Virus record (IMG/VR): IMGVR_UViG_3300017716_001697
Span: 288,001 to 352,000 of that record
Strand: one strand, 5' to 3'
DNA: 64,000 bases
From: a virus
Lineage: Duplodnaviria; Caudoviricetes
Below the pieces are notes generated by a model. That model made no database searches, was not told the origin of the DNA, and saw only the letters and a list, made by a program, of their open reading frames with translations. Both the position numbers and the translations under genes were made by a program. Of the stretch, positions 20,101-29,712 are shown one piece after another; positions within the stretch are counted from its first letter, which is position 1; the number at the start of each line of letters is the position of its first letter.

Positions 20101-23100
20101 GAAATTGCAATGCGCGGAACACTTGTATATCTGTTCTGTGCATTTACTATATTAACTTCTCTTACAAATCCTATATTAGACGGAATAAAATTCAAACGTG
20201 CAACAATAACTTCACCGGAATTCTGTTCAGGTGTTAACACGAACTCAGTAGAAACCTGTTCTATTGTGTTACCTAAATCAGATAATTTAAGTGCCCATTC
20301 TTCGTACACTTCAATTGTTTCGTTATCCTGCACCTTTGTTGATCTAAATAACTTATCAAATGCTTGGCGCGTACCCTTCTGTCTGATAGCACCTTGATAG
20401 AACAAATACTGAACGTCATTAGACACCTGTAGATTATCTAGATAGCTCTTGCTTTCATATCCAATAAGGTGCTGTCCTAACGCTTCTAGGCTTGGATTAT
20501 CTAACAACACATCGGGATCATAGAAAAATCTCATCGAATCTACAATGGTGTTGAAGTTAGGCACCAATTCGTTATCTAAGATTAAATAACCGGGCGCTTC
20601 TTTCTTACCGAACCACGCATTGCTTCTGGCGCCAGTAAATTTTAGACGTTGTTGTCTTGCACGTAATAGTGGATCATAAACAATATCGTTGAAACTGGTC
20701 GTGTTATCAAATATCAACACATGTTCTGTTTCGGCTGCACTTACTTGTAGGAAGTATATTCCGCCAGCCTGCAAATCAGCCGGAGAAACTGCAATATACA
20801 TGTTATCTCTATCAGTAACCGTGCTATTAGGCGGGATAGCAATACCGTATTTGTCTAAGATACTGTAGACACCATTAGCAATAGTTTCTACATCGTTAGG
20901 GTAGCCGCGCTCAACAACAAGCATGGCGTTATTTGCCGCTGGGCTAAGTTGGATACTCGAATCTGGCATCCAGTTGGTGTTTATCCAGAATAAGAACTGT
21001 TTGGCTGAATACAACCAGTCGCTAATTTGATTTGTGTCTATACTTACATCAGTGAATTGCCAACCCTGCGACTCTAGATATGCACCCCAACCGATAAGGA
21101 AATCAAATACATCTTGTGGAGTATCTAATATTGTGCCATAAGGTATGGTATGAGATGTGACTTCCGAAATTGGTCTGTATATAACAGACGAGCCGCCGAT
21201 TGTCGGTAATGCCCGCAATTTTTGCCAGTTGTCTATGTTAAACTTGCCTGCAACAATCGTACCTATGCTGGTATAATATACACCATTGTATCTAACAATT
21301 TCGCCCGGTGTATATGTTTCGCCGAGTGTGTATATATGGAATTCAGCAGGAGTTCCACCGATAGTTATATCAATGATCTGAGCATTTGACCTGTCTAAAA
21401 TTGTGAATTCAGAATTCAACAAATCATATCCGTATACAACAAATTTGCCCTCGGTGCTAACCCTAATAATGACACCACTATATGCGTAAGTCTTTATAGG
21501 TTGACCTTTATGCAAGATTGTCTGGAAATTGTTTGTAGGCACTAGCAGACTAGTTGTGGTCGCTGTTGGCGATACAGATTCTATGTATGTAGATACTGTA
21601 TCTTTATTTGTGAATCCAGCAAATTTATTAGCAAGATTTACATCCAAAGTACGAACCTTGTTACCAAATACGGTAGAAATATCTTGTCCCAGGAATAACA
21701 ATCTATCGCTAATCCAGCGTTGGTATCCAAAGCGAACTGCCGGAGTACCATCAACGGATTCGGCATGCACTACTTGAGTTGCATTCTTTGGGCGCATCCA
21801 TGCAAAGAATGGATCACTATCTGTGAATGTATCATTCTGCACATATTGCCAATTGTTGTTGGACATGACTGGTCCGTAGACACCCGGTATATCAATTAAG
21901 CCAGGCGATAAATCAGTGCCGATTGTGTCGAATAGTAATTCGCCGAATGGGCCCGGCTTCATTAGGTACAAGAATTCTTGCACAGAGAATGCATAACCGG
22001 ATGTAGACATCCATGCTTGCTCAACCGGAGCACCATCACCATACACCCACGGATTATCAAATCCGTCAAACGGTGCATACATGTTACCGGACATTGCGAC
22101 ATTAAATATTGTCGGTACAGGTATAATATTACCCATTGTATCAACAGGCATAACTGTTGATAGGCCAGGTCGTGCCCACATTTCTTGCACTTGTGGCAAT
22201 AATGTTTCAGGATCAAAAATAGCCGTTGGCCCTTGTCTAATCATACCCAATTCTAAATCAGCCCATAATGCTGTATTAGTAGATGACCAATTTGTGCCAT
22301 ATTCCGCAACCCACCACACTGGCTGAGAGCTGAACCCTAGCATTTCCCATGGGCGTGTATTAGGGTAAATGGTGTCATAGTAATACTGGAAAATACCTTT
22401 CCAATTACCGGGTAAATTAAGTTTTGTGCCGCCGGGGGTTACTGCTTCAGCATAATTATATAGCTTCCATAATTGTGGCGAATTTGTTGGTAAATCAGCA
22501 CTTGCGTACAGCCAATCGTTAACATGATAGTTCGCTTTATTACTTGCTGTCCACTTGTTTAGATAAGACTGCGTTATGTCTAAAAATTCTGCACGAGAAT
22601 ATCTTGTCTGTCTAAAGTAACCAGACTTAACATCTTCAAGACGCAATGGCAAATGATATTCATTTCTGAATCTGTATTGCAATAAATTGTAGATTCGCTT
22701 TTCTAATTCAAGCAACAACTGATCGCGGTAATCGCCGTAAGCAATGGTCTTAGAACCATCATGCCCAATAATTACATTCGTTGGGATTGTGTAAGATGTA
22801 TCTAATTCTATACGTGGGATATACACACTATATGCACCAACCTTGGTAGGTGTAGATGGAACATAAGCAGGTATATAGGCAGGCACTGGGTTTGTGTAAA
22901 GTGCCACAAACATATTCTTACCTATCAACGATGCATCAAATTTAATTTCTATAGCAAGGTTGGTCGATATAATTTCGTAATCGACGCCGATTGTTAGTAT
23001 TCTCTCATGTCCGGAAATATCGTAGATATACAGTGCCGAACGTGGATTATCTAAATCTAAATATGTATCTAGTGTCACAAGTTGGCTGACCGGAACAACA

Positions 23101-25670
23101 TGTGTCTCTGTTGCAAACGGTGTGCCATTGGCAATCATATACGAATATGCAAATGCATTCGAGAATTCTTTAGATATGTTTATCGTCTTGATAATCGCAT
23201 CTACCCACGCACTAATCACAATTGTATTATTGTGATACTGTACTGGATTGAATTCTTGATTAATCAGCTGCAATGCAGTCTGCAAATATTTGTTTTTAAA
23301 TTTAGTGTACTCAGACTGACTGAATCTAATGCCGGCAATGACATCTAAATTATCATCAGACGAAACTAACATCGACTTCAGTGTCGGTGCAACGTTCTGC
23401 AAAATAAACGATCCCACTGATCTATTCTTTGTGGTGTCTCTATAGTTGTTTGTTCCACCAAATGCTACACCAGAGAAATATGCCTGATTATAGATTATAG
23501 ATGAAAATTGTTCTATTAAATTACTCGCACTAATTTCACCAACCTCTTGTTGAATAGGGTTAGCTTCTAGTTGCTGTGGTATAGCTGAATATCCCGGCGC
23601 GGCTGGGTCAAGCATATCTCTTGTATATGTCTGAATTTCGACAACAGGTGCAACTGCCTGCGGTACAGCAAGCAAGTTAGTAAGATAGGTTTCTAAGTCT
23701 ACATATAGGTCGTTGTTTATACCGACGATATAGTAACCATCTAGTTGATGTGTTTCGTTTTTAACTTCTACACCATTAACACTCACAATGATATCGGGTG
23801 CAGCAGGATAGTTGTACGGAACAACACTTAATCTAAATTGATATTCTACGCCGTAACCTACAGCAAATTTATCTATAACACGTTGTTTGCTTAATGCAAC
23901 GCGGCTATAATCAACCGGTACTGTTGTACCTGCTTGTACAGGAGTAAATAAATTCCAATCATTATACATAACAGGTGTATAGTGGAACATGTAATAGTAG
24001 TATCCGTCGATTGGCACACGGGCTGAACTGTACACATATCTATCTGTTATTAGGTCATTCTGAAACATGATATCAGACGACTGGCCTAAAGAAGTGTACA
24101 CTATAGGAAATCTTAGTACAGGATCTACAGTGGCCCCTGGTTGTGGATTCACCTTATAAGAGAATATTTTGCTACCAGCAAATGTGCTGAGTGGGTATGT
24201 AGTCACGTCGTCAAGTGGTACACCATTATGATCATATAACTGAAATAGTGGTGGTTGGTTTACTGCTACCTTATCATTAGCTGCCTGCACCCATTCGTTT
24301 ATATCATAATACCATGTTTCACCACGTTGTGCACCATCCCACGGTGCATCTTCGGAGATAAGAATAATATCACCATCAACAATAGGTGGCGGCACTGGTA
24401 TAAACATAACCGTATCGAAGTCAGGGTCAATACGCACCTGATAAATTGTCTGGTTAGAAATATACGGAGTCACGATAGGTTCGCCGTCCCAATGCAATAG
24501 ATCCCATTGTTCGTTGATCGCTCTGTCCCATGGTATCAAGTCAGTCGTAACCAGTGTTGTGTCATTCATAAACACAACTAACTGACCGTCAGTGAATTCT
24601 ACCTGAAGCTCTTCATTTACTGTATCACGCAATCTTAGTTGATAATCTAGCATCTGTAGCGGAATGCCGAATTCATTATCGCGGAATCCAAATGTCACAT
24701 CGGCCCTGAACTGTGTGCCTGAATTGTATAAGAACAAATCAGCAGAGAATTGAATAATCGGTCTTAATGCTCGAGTAGCATTTGTCGGAAATGCAATTCC
24801 CGTTGCTGCAACAGTTGCATTTATTGCATCTATGTGGACCCATTTGTTTGTGCGTGACCATGCATTTCTGTCAATAGCACCACGTTCGATTGTTATGTAA
24901 TCACAATTTCCGGGCTGTGGTTGTACGTCCCACGTTAATGTATCCCAGTTGGTATTCTGTATAACCCTACCATTAGACAACTGTGTAGTTCCATCCCATG
25001 GTAGGAATTCTAGTACAGTCCCAGGTGTGTAATCAGGGTAACGTGGCACTAGTCTAATGCCTATGCCTACACCGATGTTTTCTACAATCAATGGATCAGG
25101 GTACAATGTGGACCCGACGAATTGAATTGTTAGACCTGTAGTGAATGTTAGGTTGGCAGGCAGTGCGCCAGGGATAGATGAAGTGTTGAATGACTGCGCA
25201 CCCAATATCATAGATGTTATTTGTGTATCGGAAATGCCTGTTACATTTATAGCCGCTAGTCCCTGGAACACCCAGTAGTAATTGTGATAGTTAATAAACA
25301 TATCAAAATCGATAGGTGGCGCCCAGCTGTAATATTCAGATTCAAAAAGTCTATCTTGATTTAATGTGTTTCCACCGTAATAATTAATCCTGTTTAACAG
25401 GTCATCATAGAAGAATATATTTGATTTTGTATTATCTGTATTGCGTGAGAAGCCAGTGGCTTCTAATTGCCACCAGGTACGGTCTTTCGACGGTTCTGGT
25501 AAGTAGAAATCACTGACAGGATTATATAATCCCGGCGTGCGTCTGCCGATATACCCACTTAACTGGTCACCATCTTTCTTAGAGAATACTTGGTCGAACG
25601 TCGCATCGAAGAACTTCTTCTCCGTAACCGTTTGGAAGACGGCGGGTAATTTCTTAATAAACTGAGTCAT
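14151..25670 (-). CDS. giant (3839 aa) baseplate wedge / tail-associated structural protein
   Basis: Uninterrupted ORF next to the gp6-like gene; N-terminal LPAVFQTVTEKKF; 14 tandem GxGY repeats; late promoter at 25713-25720. Confidence 0.75.
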   Translation of the reverse strand: MTQFIKKLPAVFQTVTEKKFFDATFDQVFSKKDGDQLSGYIGRRTPGLYNPVSDFYLPEPSKDRTWWQLEATGFSRNTDNTKSNIFFYDDLLNRINYYGGNTLNQDRLFESEYYSWAPPIDFDMFINYHNYYWVFQGLAAINVTGISDTQITSMILGAQSFNTSSIPGALPANLTFTTGLTIQFVGSTLYPDPLIVENIGVGIGIRLVPRYPDYTPGTVLEFLPWDGTTQLSNGRVIQNTNWDTLTWDVQPQPGNCDYITIERGAIDRNAWSRTNKWVHIDAINATVAATGIAFPTNATRALRPIIQFSADLFLYNSGTQFRADVTFGFRDNEFGIPLQMLDYQLRLRDTVNEELQVEFTDGQLVVFMNDTTLVTTDLIPWDRAINEQWDLLHWDGEPIVTPYISNQTIYQVRIDPDFDTVMFIPVPPPIVDGDIILISEDAPWDGAQRGETWYYDINEWVQAANDKVAVNQPPLFQLYDHNGVPLDDVTTYPLSTFAGSKIFSYKVNPQPGATVDPVLRFPIVYTSLGQSSDIMFQNDLITDRYVYSSARVPIDGYYYYMFHYTPVMYNDWNLFTPVQAGTTVPVDYSRVALSKQRVIDKFAVGYGVEYQFRLSVVPYNYPAAPDIIVSVNGVEVKNETHQLDGYYIVGINNDLYVDLETYLTNLLAVPQAVAPVVEIQTYTRDMLDPAAPGYSAIPQQLEANPIQQEVGEISASNLIEQFSSIIYNQAYFSGVAFGGTNNYRDTTKNRSVGSFILQNVAPTLKSMLVSSDDNLDVIAGIRFSQSEYTKFKNKYLQTALQLINQEFNPVQYHNNTIVISAWVDAIIKTINISKEFSNAFAYSYMIANGTPFATETHVVPVSQLVTLDTYLDLDNPRSALYIYDISGHERILTIGVDYEIISTNLAIEIKFDASLIGKNMFVALYTNPVPAYIPAYVPSTPTKVGAYSVYIPRIELDTSYTIPTNVIIGHDGSKTIAYGDYRDQLLLELEKRIYNLLQYRFRNEYHLPLRLEDVKSGYFRQTRYSRAEFLDITQSYLNKWTASNKANYHVNDWLYASADLPTNSPQLWKLYNYAEAVTPGGTKLNLPGNWKGIFQYYYDTIYPNTRPWEMLGFSSQPVWWVAEYGTNWSSTNTALWADLELGMIRQGPTAIFDPETLLPQVQEMWARPGLSTVMPVDTMGNIIPVPTIFNVAMSGNMYAPFDGFDNPWVYGDGAPVEQAWMSTSGYAFSVQEFLYLMKPGPFGELLFDTIGTDLSPGLIDIPGVYGPVMSNNNWQYVQNDTFTDSDPFFAWMRPKNATQVVHAESVDGTPAVRFGYQRWISDRLLFLGQDISTVFGNKVRTLDVNLANKFAGFTNKDTVSTYIESVSPTATTTSLLVPTNNFQTILHKGQPIKTYAYSGVIIRVSTEGKFVVYGYDLLNSEFTILDRSNAQIIDITIGGTPAEFHIYTLGETYTPGEIVRYNGVYYTSIGTIVAGKFNIDNWQKLRALPTIGGSSVIYRPISEVTSHTIPYGTILDTPQDVFDFLIGWGAYLESQGWQFTDVSIDTNQISDWLYSAKQFLFWINTNWMPDSSIQLSPAANNAMLVVERGYPNDVETIANGVYSILDKYGIAIPPNSTVTDRDNMYIAVSPADLQAGGIYFLQVSAAETEHVLIFDNTTSFNDIVYDPLLRARQQRLKFTGARSNAWFGKKEAPGYLILDNELVPNFNTIVDSMRFFYDPDVLLDNPSLEALGQHLIGYESKSYLDNLQVSNDVQYLFYQGAIRQKGTRQAFDKLFRSTKVQDNETIEVYEEWALKLSDLGNTIEQVSTEFVLTPEQNSGEVIVARLNFIPSNIGFVREVNIVNAQNRYTSVPRIAISLPDADPTDPGLTGPLRPAKAFAVLDALGKISRVDMTDKGYGYLSAPNVTVESTVDLHQLDRLYAVWQGQIARDEKLDNVVDIDVDDVAKWIVRPNDPAYSLEFPTTTNIEYSMPNAGYVNFNDVTWTSFDPIQTQTLWGTRLFNPAENDTVWVAKTFTEDWDVYKMVNIKSAPYLANTWRVAQTASDLLLLTDRETRSRLDIIPPSDASANANITDGIITNFIIVNGGSGFAVAPTVEITGACITPASAIVEIADGVVTSISIVNGGSGYAVAPEISITGACTTPASALATIAGGVINGIYIASGGSGYTVPPTVTAVKPSLIGGVITATAIGGIVGNLTIVVSGSGYTSAPILTIAPPVTTRAEVTLSTADGVVTGVTIVNGGTGYSNFIPPTISVVGSNITSAQITIYVTDGVITSATIDDGGSGYLTPPSLVITGPCTTPASLTCTTEDGVVNTATITEQGGYYTTIPVITVVGGFTYHPAVLNAVIVDGKLIDVDIVDGGSYFMIPPTCVVDAPIAITATGIAGIVGGIITSVSITNPGAGYSTNPVVTLPVPAIVDASFTSTINNGVINKVTITEGGSGYTTTPTITITGSSTTPAVLYPEITDGILTSIELTNPGGYYTVTPEIIIDGPCTETAKVTAIIEYGVITGFTITNGGSGYEITPIITIEQATQTATGYGAVLYPTVDDNGYITSVTIVDQGTGYSSADVIVASRAISYDPGYVDAKFQITSVTNAGQIVSVAVVNQGSGYQNVVNQEILPQLSASSDGRTDYGNMICLQIVIDGKVDPATNYAVRFEDNGLYTDPTTLISYNSYKLLNVAGDPIQADEIGVFEFFTDLLLFKTMRWTEQPIEPLLPKYVGLGDLIWVDDIANKWAVVRITADPGYWDITYWDPTVKEFWAYPYTYDYGWDTIGPMYFTPYRVQETLINTSLFSSAQVFQRRIENELVLLPVYDPFKAILPGPAKQNITYMLLQDPARYNVTGDARLYSENIIFGEPQVGKLWWDMSSMRYAYYEQPAALDGSETPTQNLVYRRDRWGQMFPGSSVDIYEWVKSPVPPAKYAGSGTPRSLTTYVRIESSNRFTNITEVNYYFWVLNPISKPVIENRTLAALDVSRLLFAPRSQQFVFFSPIQQSEINNSYMFYNVQEILAYKGDNVQIKYRLAERNDQEHSQWKLFREGDTASLITDQFWNKMVDSICAYTKVLPASEEWSNSIFVGHDLPWDIYGWDIAPWDDAIDTVSAFYGEVLPVPDPSLSEAEKFGITYRPRQGMFMDLYAARKIFVQAGNNLLKRIAIRDKTPDWNTGVKTSEYWDYTTWYELGYDDVAPSVVFTSLTQATTALNAGKLNTGAIVEVIEGTPDGRYVLYAVVQLNTNVATQSFLKVGIEASAIKLLDTIYTTHNVYGLSVELRELLKAFRTEVFVNSYVVFQNELYFAMLNYVFSEQKNQNWAFKSSYIYIKENNIPIKQSRIYQPDQINNIMSYIVDSKPYHTQIRDYTSTHLISDIATGTAFDNDFKLKTIIQFGPDFGGPYENGNWDVSCEDPNEVGYWEAVSWDVCPENYSLTVDPYAPAPWEVNCIDPLANSQWDTFWWDTCLAKQFVAEEDVYTIELTNFDASKIGYSQLYPYTFDFNSINLNNPQTFITPSSVVSVTIGADILLYGKDYYVEYNEVDLNYTAYFFAPVASTPVALVLWNGGGIMRFNYGTNRTEVAYGFPKDDFVVNVDTRLPVNNVGGILHPYAPWGDSVSDVDPLVAAQIVAAGGSPIYNPADPVTLEFLPVTVSYRQNLGIGQNHIYRNSELDSGILMFDLPAPSAGTDYTEIITVFIDPLTHPITTDILPNPGPSSTPGVIWINGERIEYRSKTESAANTWELSLVRRGTNGTAPVEHTALVPSFADPLTLVPNIVWIEKFNELPAISNSTVWNAVDPAGVTGPGQYDFLPWDSYGWDSDMYTNITKASDGGIWYAATPEAEMLKREPGTAIL
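17830..19465 (-). repeat. 14 tandem ~39-aa repeats (V-x-S-x-x-I-x-N-G-G-S-G-Y-x-x-x-P) inside the giant protein
   Basis: e.g. VVTSISIVNGGSGYAVAPEISITG, VINKVTITEGGSGYTTTPTITITG; counted by eye from the translation. Confidence 0.85.
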
Positions 25671-25712
25671 GTATATTTCCGCAATAAGGTGTAGATAATG
25701 TTATCTACATCG

Positions 25713-25720
25713 TATTTATC
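25713..25720 (-). promoter_or_regulatory. putative late promoter GATAAATA
   Basis: Intergenic, upstream of 25670; followed by inverted repeat 25690-25709. Confidence 0.65.
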
Positions 25721-25746
25721 ACGGAAATTATATATGCTGTAAACTA

Positions 25747-28700
25747 TTAAACACGCATGTTCTGATCTGTTAAATTAGATACAATAGCTACGTTATTTAC
25801 GGTGGCTGTAGACATAAACAACTGATTAGGGCTGGCCACAATTTCAAATAAATTACCAAATTGTGAAGTTGCATTACTAGGTACAATAACAACCGAGCTA
25901 ATAAGCGTGGAAAGTTGTTGGTGAATGAATGCTGCTAATTCTGTGTAGAAGAATTTTTCACCAAAATCCCAGTTTCTTATATCAAAATATATGTCAACTG
26001 CCTGAACAACTCTTGTCTTTATTTCATTGTCGCTAACACTGCTCGATGGTGCCTTAACTACTTTAAAGATTGCCTGCAATTCAGGTTCGGCCTGCTGCCC
26101 AAATAATACCTTAAATTCACCCGAATTCCAAATCATCGAATCACTAACCATTTTATACTGGTCTAAATCCTGGAATTGTATTCTTAGATCTTCGGTGGTT
26201 GGTTTAACTGGCATAGTGTATTTCGTGCCATTATTATTCTTCCAATTGATAATGTCTGTATAATACCCATTTGTTATTGCAATCATATCGATGATATTAG
26301 ATGGTGACGGATCTATACGCTGGTCAATCGCTGCGTAATGGCTCCACTTAAAGTAGAATGGTAACTGCTCTATTGCCGGTATAGAGGTGTTCTGCGTGAA
26401 TACCTTACCGTTCTTGTCATACCTATATTTGTCGGGTGTAGATACTACAATCTTACCAGTCGGGAAACCAGTGACCGGTGTAGTGTTTGCTGTATTTTCA
26501 TAAACAAATGTGTAATATACACCAAAGCCGGGTTCTGTCGACGATATTAGATAAGATTTGCTATTGAAGAATGTAGTCACTATAGCCGATCTGTCTAATA
26601 CTGCTGCCGTTCCAACAAGCCACGGATATGTCGTTGTATCGTAGTTGAAGAATGCAGTAAGTTGATTTGCTATCGTGACAGGTGCAACAGTTGTAGATTG
26701 AAATTCTAACTGTGCAAGACTATCGACAAACATTAAATCTGTTTCATCCATATACACATATTTTAGTGTAGGCGCATAGGTAGTTCTAATAAAATCTGGA
26801 GACAATATAAAGTCCATGAACCCTTCTGCATAATGCGGCAACGGGGCAGATGTAGTATAAAGAGTCCACAGATTCATATTAGCAATATACGGTGCACTGT
26901 ATAGTGTTTCGACATCGGTAGAATCTACAGGGAAGTATACATACATATCACCGGTGTAGCCTTCTAGGCCTAAACCCCATTTTGCGATCCACGGTCTAGT
27001 GCTTTGATACCCGGAAACTTCATTGTCGTAATATTCGAACACAATACGGTCTGTAGGCGAAACAATCCTATCGAACCCGTTTGGGTCGTCAGGTATGCCG
27101 TCGTTGTTCACGTCAACTAACGAAACTTTAATTTTGGCAGGATCTTGATAGCCGTCATCTTGAATAAACACGCCGGTAACGTTAAAATTCACAGGTGTGT
27201 CGATGAATGGTTTAATAGGCGGTGGTGGTATTACCGGCTCATTGTTATCTACTAAATTATTTGTGTTAACAAATGGCATGATTTCAATTGTATCCTGCAA
27301 CGCCTGACCAGTTGCGCTGTCTACTACTATTTGGTTAGGTTCCCAATAGAATCTTACATCTCTATAAGATTCGAATATGTAGATGCGGCCACGTGCAGTC
27401 AAATCATATGTAGTGGTAGCTAATTCGTTATTGCTTGCGATATTTACATACAATAATCCACTGTTAGGATATTCTGCCCAATTAGAATAAATCTCCGGAA
27501 TACTGCCGTCCATCATGACAGGGGCATACTTTAATGCTTGCGCTGATTGATCAGATATACCGGGTGTCGTCTCAGTCGAGGTATGCCACTCATCTTGCAA
27601 CACATCATAGAATAACCAGAACGAAATACCATCAGCAAGCCTGCCTAACACTTCGGAAATTTCTACTGTAGTCAGTTCACTTCTGAATGTTGGATATACT
27701 TTTGTCGCATGTGCATTGTTGTTTATTTCTAGACCTAATTCGACTGGACCCACATTAGCATAAGGATTAGACGAGTTAACAATCAACGGAAGGCCATTCT
27801 GAATAACTGTGTTGACAGATACTGATTTTATATCTGCAGATGTTTCGAATTCTAATACCGCGCCATTATTGATGAATCCCCACGGCTGATATATCCCGTT
27901 AGGCTCGTTTTGTGTATCAAACGAGTTTACTAAGATGGCAGCAGCGGCATTAGAAACAGTGCTGTTAGCAAAATAGCCAGTATCATTTTTAAATTTAGCT
28001 GGGCTTGTCTTCCAGTATAATTGCGACTGTGCAGGATTATTTAAGTCTAATATAGAATATCCTGTAGGTTTGCTAGGTGTACTATTCACTCTGACAACAT
28101 TCTCAAATTGCGATATGTATTCGTCATAGTAGAATGCAGATACACGTGGATCACGTAACATTTCTTTTATAGAATTCATTAAGATAGTATTGATATTACC
28201 TTCGTTAGATGAATCACGAACCACTTCTTCTAGTACGTTTTGATTATCCCTGTATAGGGCGCCATCTTGACCAAATATAATTAGGTCTCTGTGGAATCCA
28301 GTCGGGTCGTTAATATCTATATATCTACTCTGGCCGCTATATGTTCTGTCAATTGCTTGTATCTTTGCAATCTGATTTCCGTATATAAGTGGTAAGACAT
28401 TATAATCACTGCCATTGACCATACGCGACTGTGTAGAGAACACTTCGGGCGCACGTAATCTAATTTGCTCGTTTGTTTCGGATGGTGCAGCATTGCTTAT
28501 AGTCTGCTCTAGATTGAAAACTATGCCTAACGTATATTGTTGCTGATCTGCACCGATGTATGGAATTGTAATCTGCATACCTTGGGCGCTGTCTGGTCTA
28601 ATAACAAGAGCTTGGTTTGCACTTATACGCACCCATGTTCTAAATAATCCCGTAGGTACATTACCGAAATTGCCGTCTGCAAATCGGATAGATATAGAAT

Positions 28701-29712
28701 CGTTTGCACCAGAGATAACATCAAATATATTTCGTTTCGAGTTTTGTATGCTGTTGTATATAATATTCTCGCCAGCCAATGCCGGTACCTTGAGCCAATT
28801 ATTAATAACCGAACCATTTTGATCAGTTTCTTGCACATAAACATCGTACTGGTTAATATTCTGCAAATCAATAGGGTATACACGATTAGGAACAGGAAAC
28901 TCAAAATTCGTATCTAAGTTTATTAAATTGCCTTGTTTAAAGTACAAGAAGAAACCTGTGTTTGCCGAGCCAACGCCTAAGCTATCGTTTCGATATATAA
29001 AGTTAAATGCATTTTCGGGATTAGGATTTCTTTCAAAGATTGTTTGGCCGGAAATGAAGTCTGGGTTGCATACATCAATTGGGTATTTTTGTCCATTTAT
29101 AGATATAGCCAGCGGGTATGTAACTGCTTGACGCAATACGTTGCTTAATTGGTATAAATCCGTAGGAATACTGCCTATGTTGCCGCTCTTTGTGGGGCGG
29201 CCAAAAGGGTTAAGTGTGTTGAACGCTGCATTACATATCTGCACAAATTGATCGAACCAATCTGGATTGTTTGGATCATTCCAGAATATAGTCGAATCCG
29301 ATATGTCAACACCGTTGGCATCGACTAACGGTTGGTTAGTCTGTATAGCTGATATTTTGAATAGTCCACTTGCAGGGATATTTCTACGAGGTACATAGTT
29401 AACCATCTGCGCAAGGCGGATAATACTTTCCCTACGTTCAGCAGTATCAATAAAATTTTCTCTACTATTTAGGTCTGTCCTAAATGCAAGACTTGTGCCC
29501 AGATAGGCAATTAATTCTACAATTGCAATAAATTCCGAACTTTCAATGTAATCATTGAAATCTTCCGGGTAATACGACTGTATGTAATTTATTAATGCCT
29601 GCTTTAAGGTAGGAAAATCATATGCGGTATAATCTATAAACGAATATGCTTTAAATACTTTCTTATAATCTTCCGCGGCGAAAAGATTTGACTGACGGAT
29701 CGATTCTGACAT
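25747..29712 (-). CDS. gp6: baseplate wedge protein, T4 gp6-like (extended)
   Basis: DFPTLKQALINY, IVELIAY, SRENFIDTAERRESIIRLA..NYVPRR; ETNEQIRLRAP...QSRMVNGSDY. Confidence 0.8.
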   Translation of the reverse strand: MSESIRQSNLFAAEDYKKVFKAYSFIDYTAYDFPTLKQALINYIQSYYPEDFNDYIESSEFIAIVELIAYLGTSLAFRTDLNSRENFIDTAERRESIIRLAQMVNYVPRRNIPASGLFKISAIQTNQPLVDANGVDISDSTIFWNDPNNPDWFDQFVQICNAAFNTLNPFGRPTKSGNIGSIPTDLYQLSNVLRQAVTYPLAISINGQKYPIDVCNPDFISGQTIFERNPNPENAFNFIYRNDSLGVGSANTGFFLYFKQGNLINLDTNFEFPVPNRVYPIDLQNINQYDVYVQETDQNGSVINNWLKVPALAGENIIYNSIQNSKRNIFDVISGANDSISIRFADGNFGNVPTGLFRTWVRISANQALVIRPDSAQGMQITIPYIGADQQQYTLGIVFNLEQTISNAAPSETNEQIRLRAPEVFSTQSRMVNGSDYNVLPLIYGNQIAKIQAIDRTYSGQSRYIDINDPTGFHRDLIIFGQDGALYRDNQNVLEEVVRDSSNEGNINTILMNSIKEMLRDPRVSAFYYDEYISQFENVVRVNSTPSKPTGYSILDLNNPAQSQLYWKTSPAKFKNDTGYFANSTVSNAAAAILVNSFDTQNEPNGIYQPWGFINNGAVLEFETSADIKSVSVNTVIQNGLPLIVNSSNPYANVGPVELGLEINNNAHATKVYPTFRSELTTVEISEVLGRLADGISFWLFYDVLQDEWHTSTETTPGISDQSAQALKYAPVMMDGSIPEIYSNWAEYPNSGLLYVNIASNNELATTTYDLTARGRIYIFESYRDVRFYWEPNQIVVDSATGQALQDTIEIMPFVNTNNLVDNNEPVIPPPPIKPFIDTPVNFNVTGVFIQDDGYQDPAKIKVSLVDVNNDGIPDDPNGFDRIVSPTDRIVFEYYDNEVSGYQSTRPWIAKWGLGLEGYTGDMYVYFPVDSTDVETLYSAPYIANMNLWTLYTTSAPLPHYAEGFMDFILSPDFIRTTYAPTLKYVYMDETDLMFVDSLAQLEFQSTTVAPVTIANQLTAFFNYDTTTYPWLVGTAAVLDRSAIVTTFFNSKSYLISSTEPGFGVYYTFVYENTANTTPVTGFPTGKIVVSTPDKYRYDKNGKVFTQNTSIPAIEQLPFYFKWSHYAAIDQRIDPSPSNIIDMIAITNGYYTDIINWKNNNGTKYTMPVKPTTEDLRIQFQDLDQYKMVSDSMIWNSGEFKVLFGQQAEPELQAIFKVVKAPSSSVSDNEIKTRVVQAVDIYFDIRNWDFGEKFFYTELAAFIHQQLSTLISSVVIVPSNATSQFGNLFEIVASPNQLFMSTATVNNVAIVSNLTDQNMRV

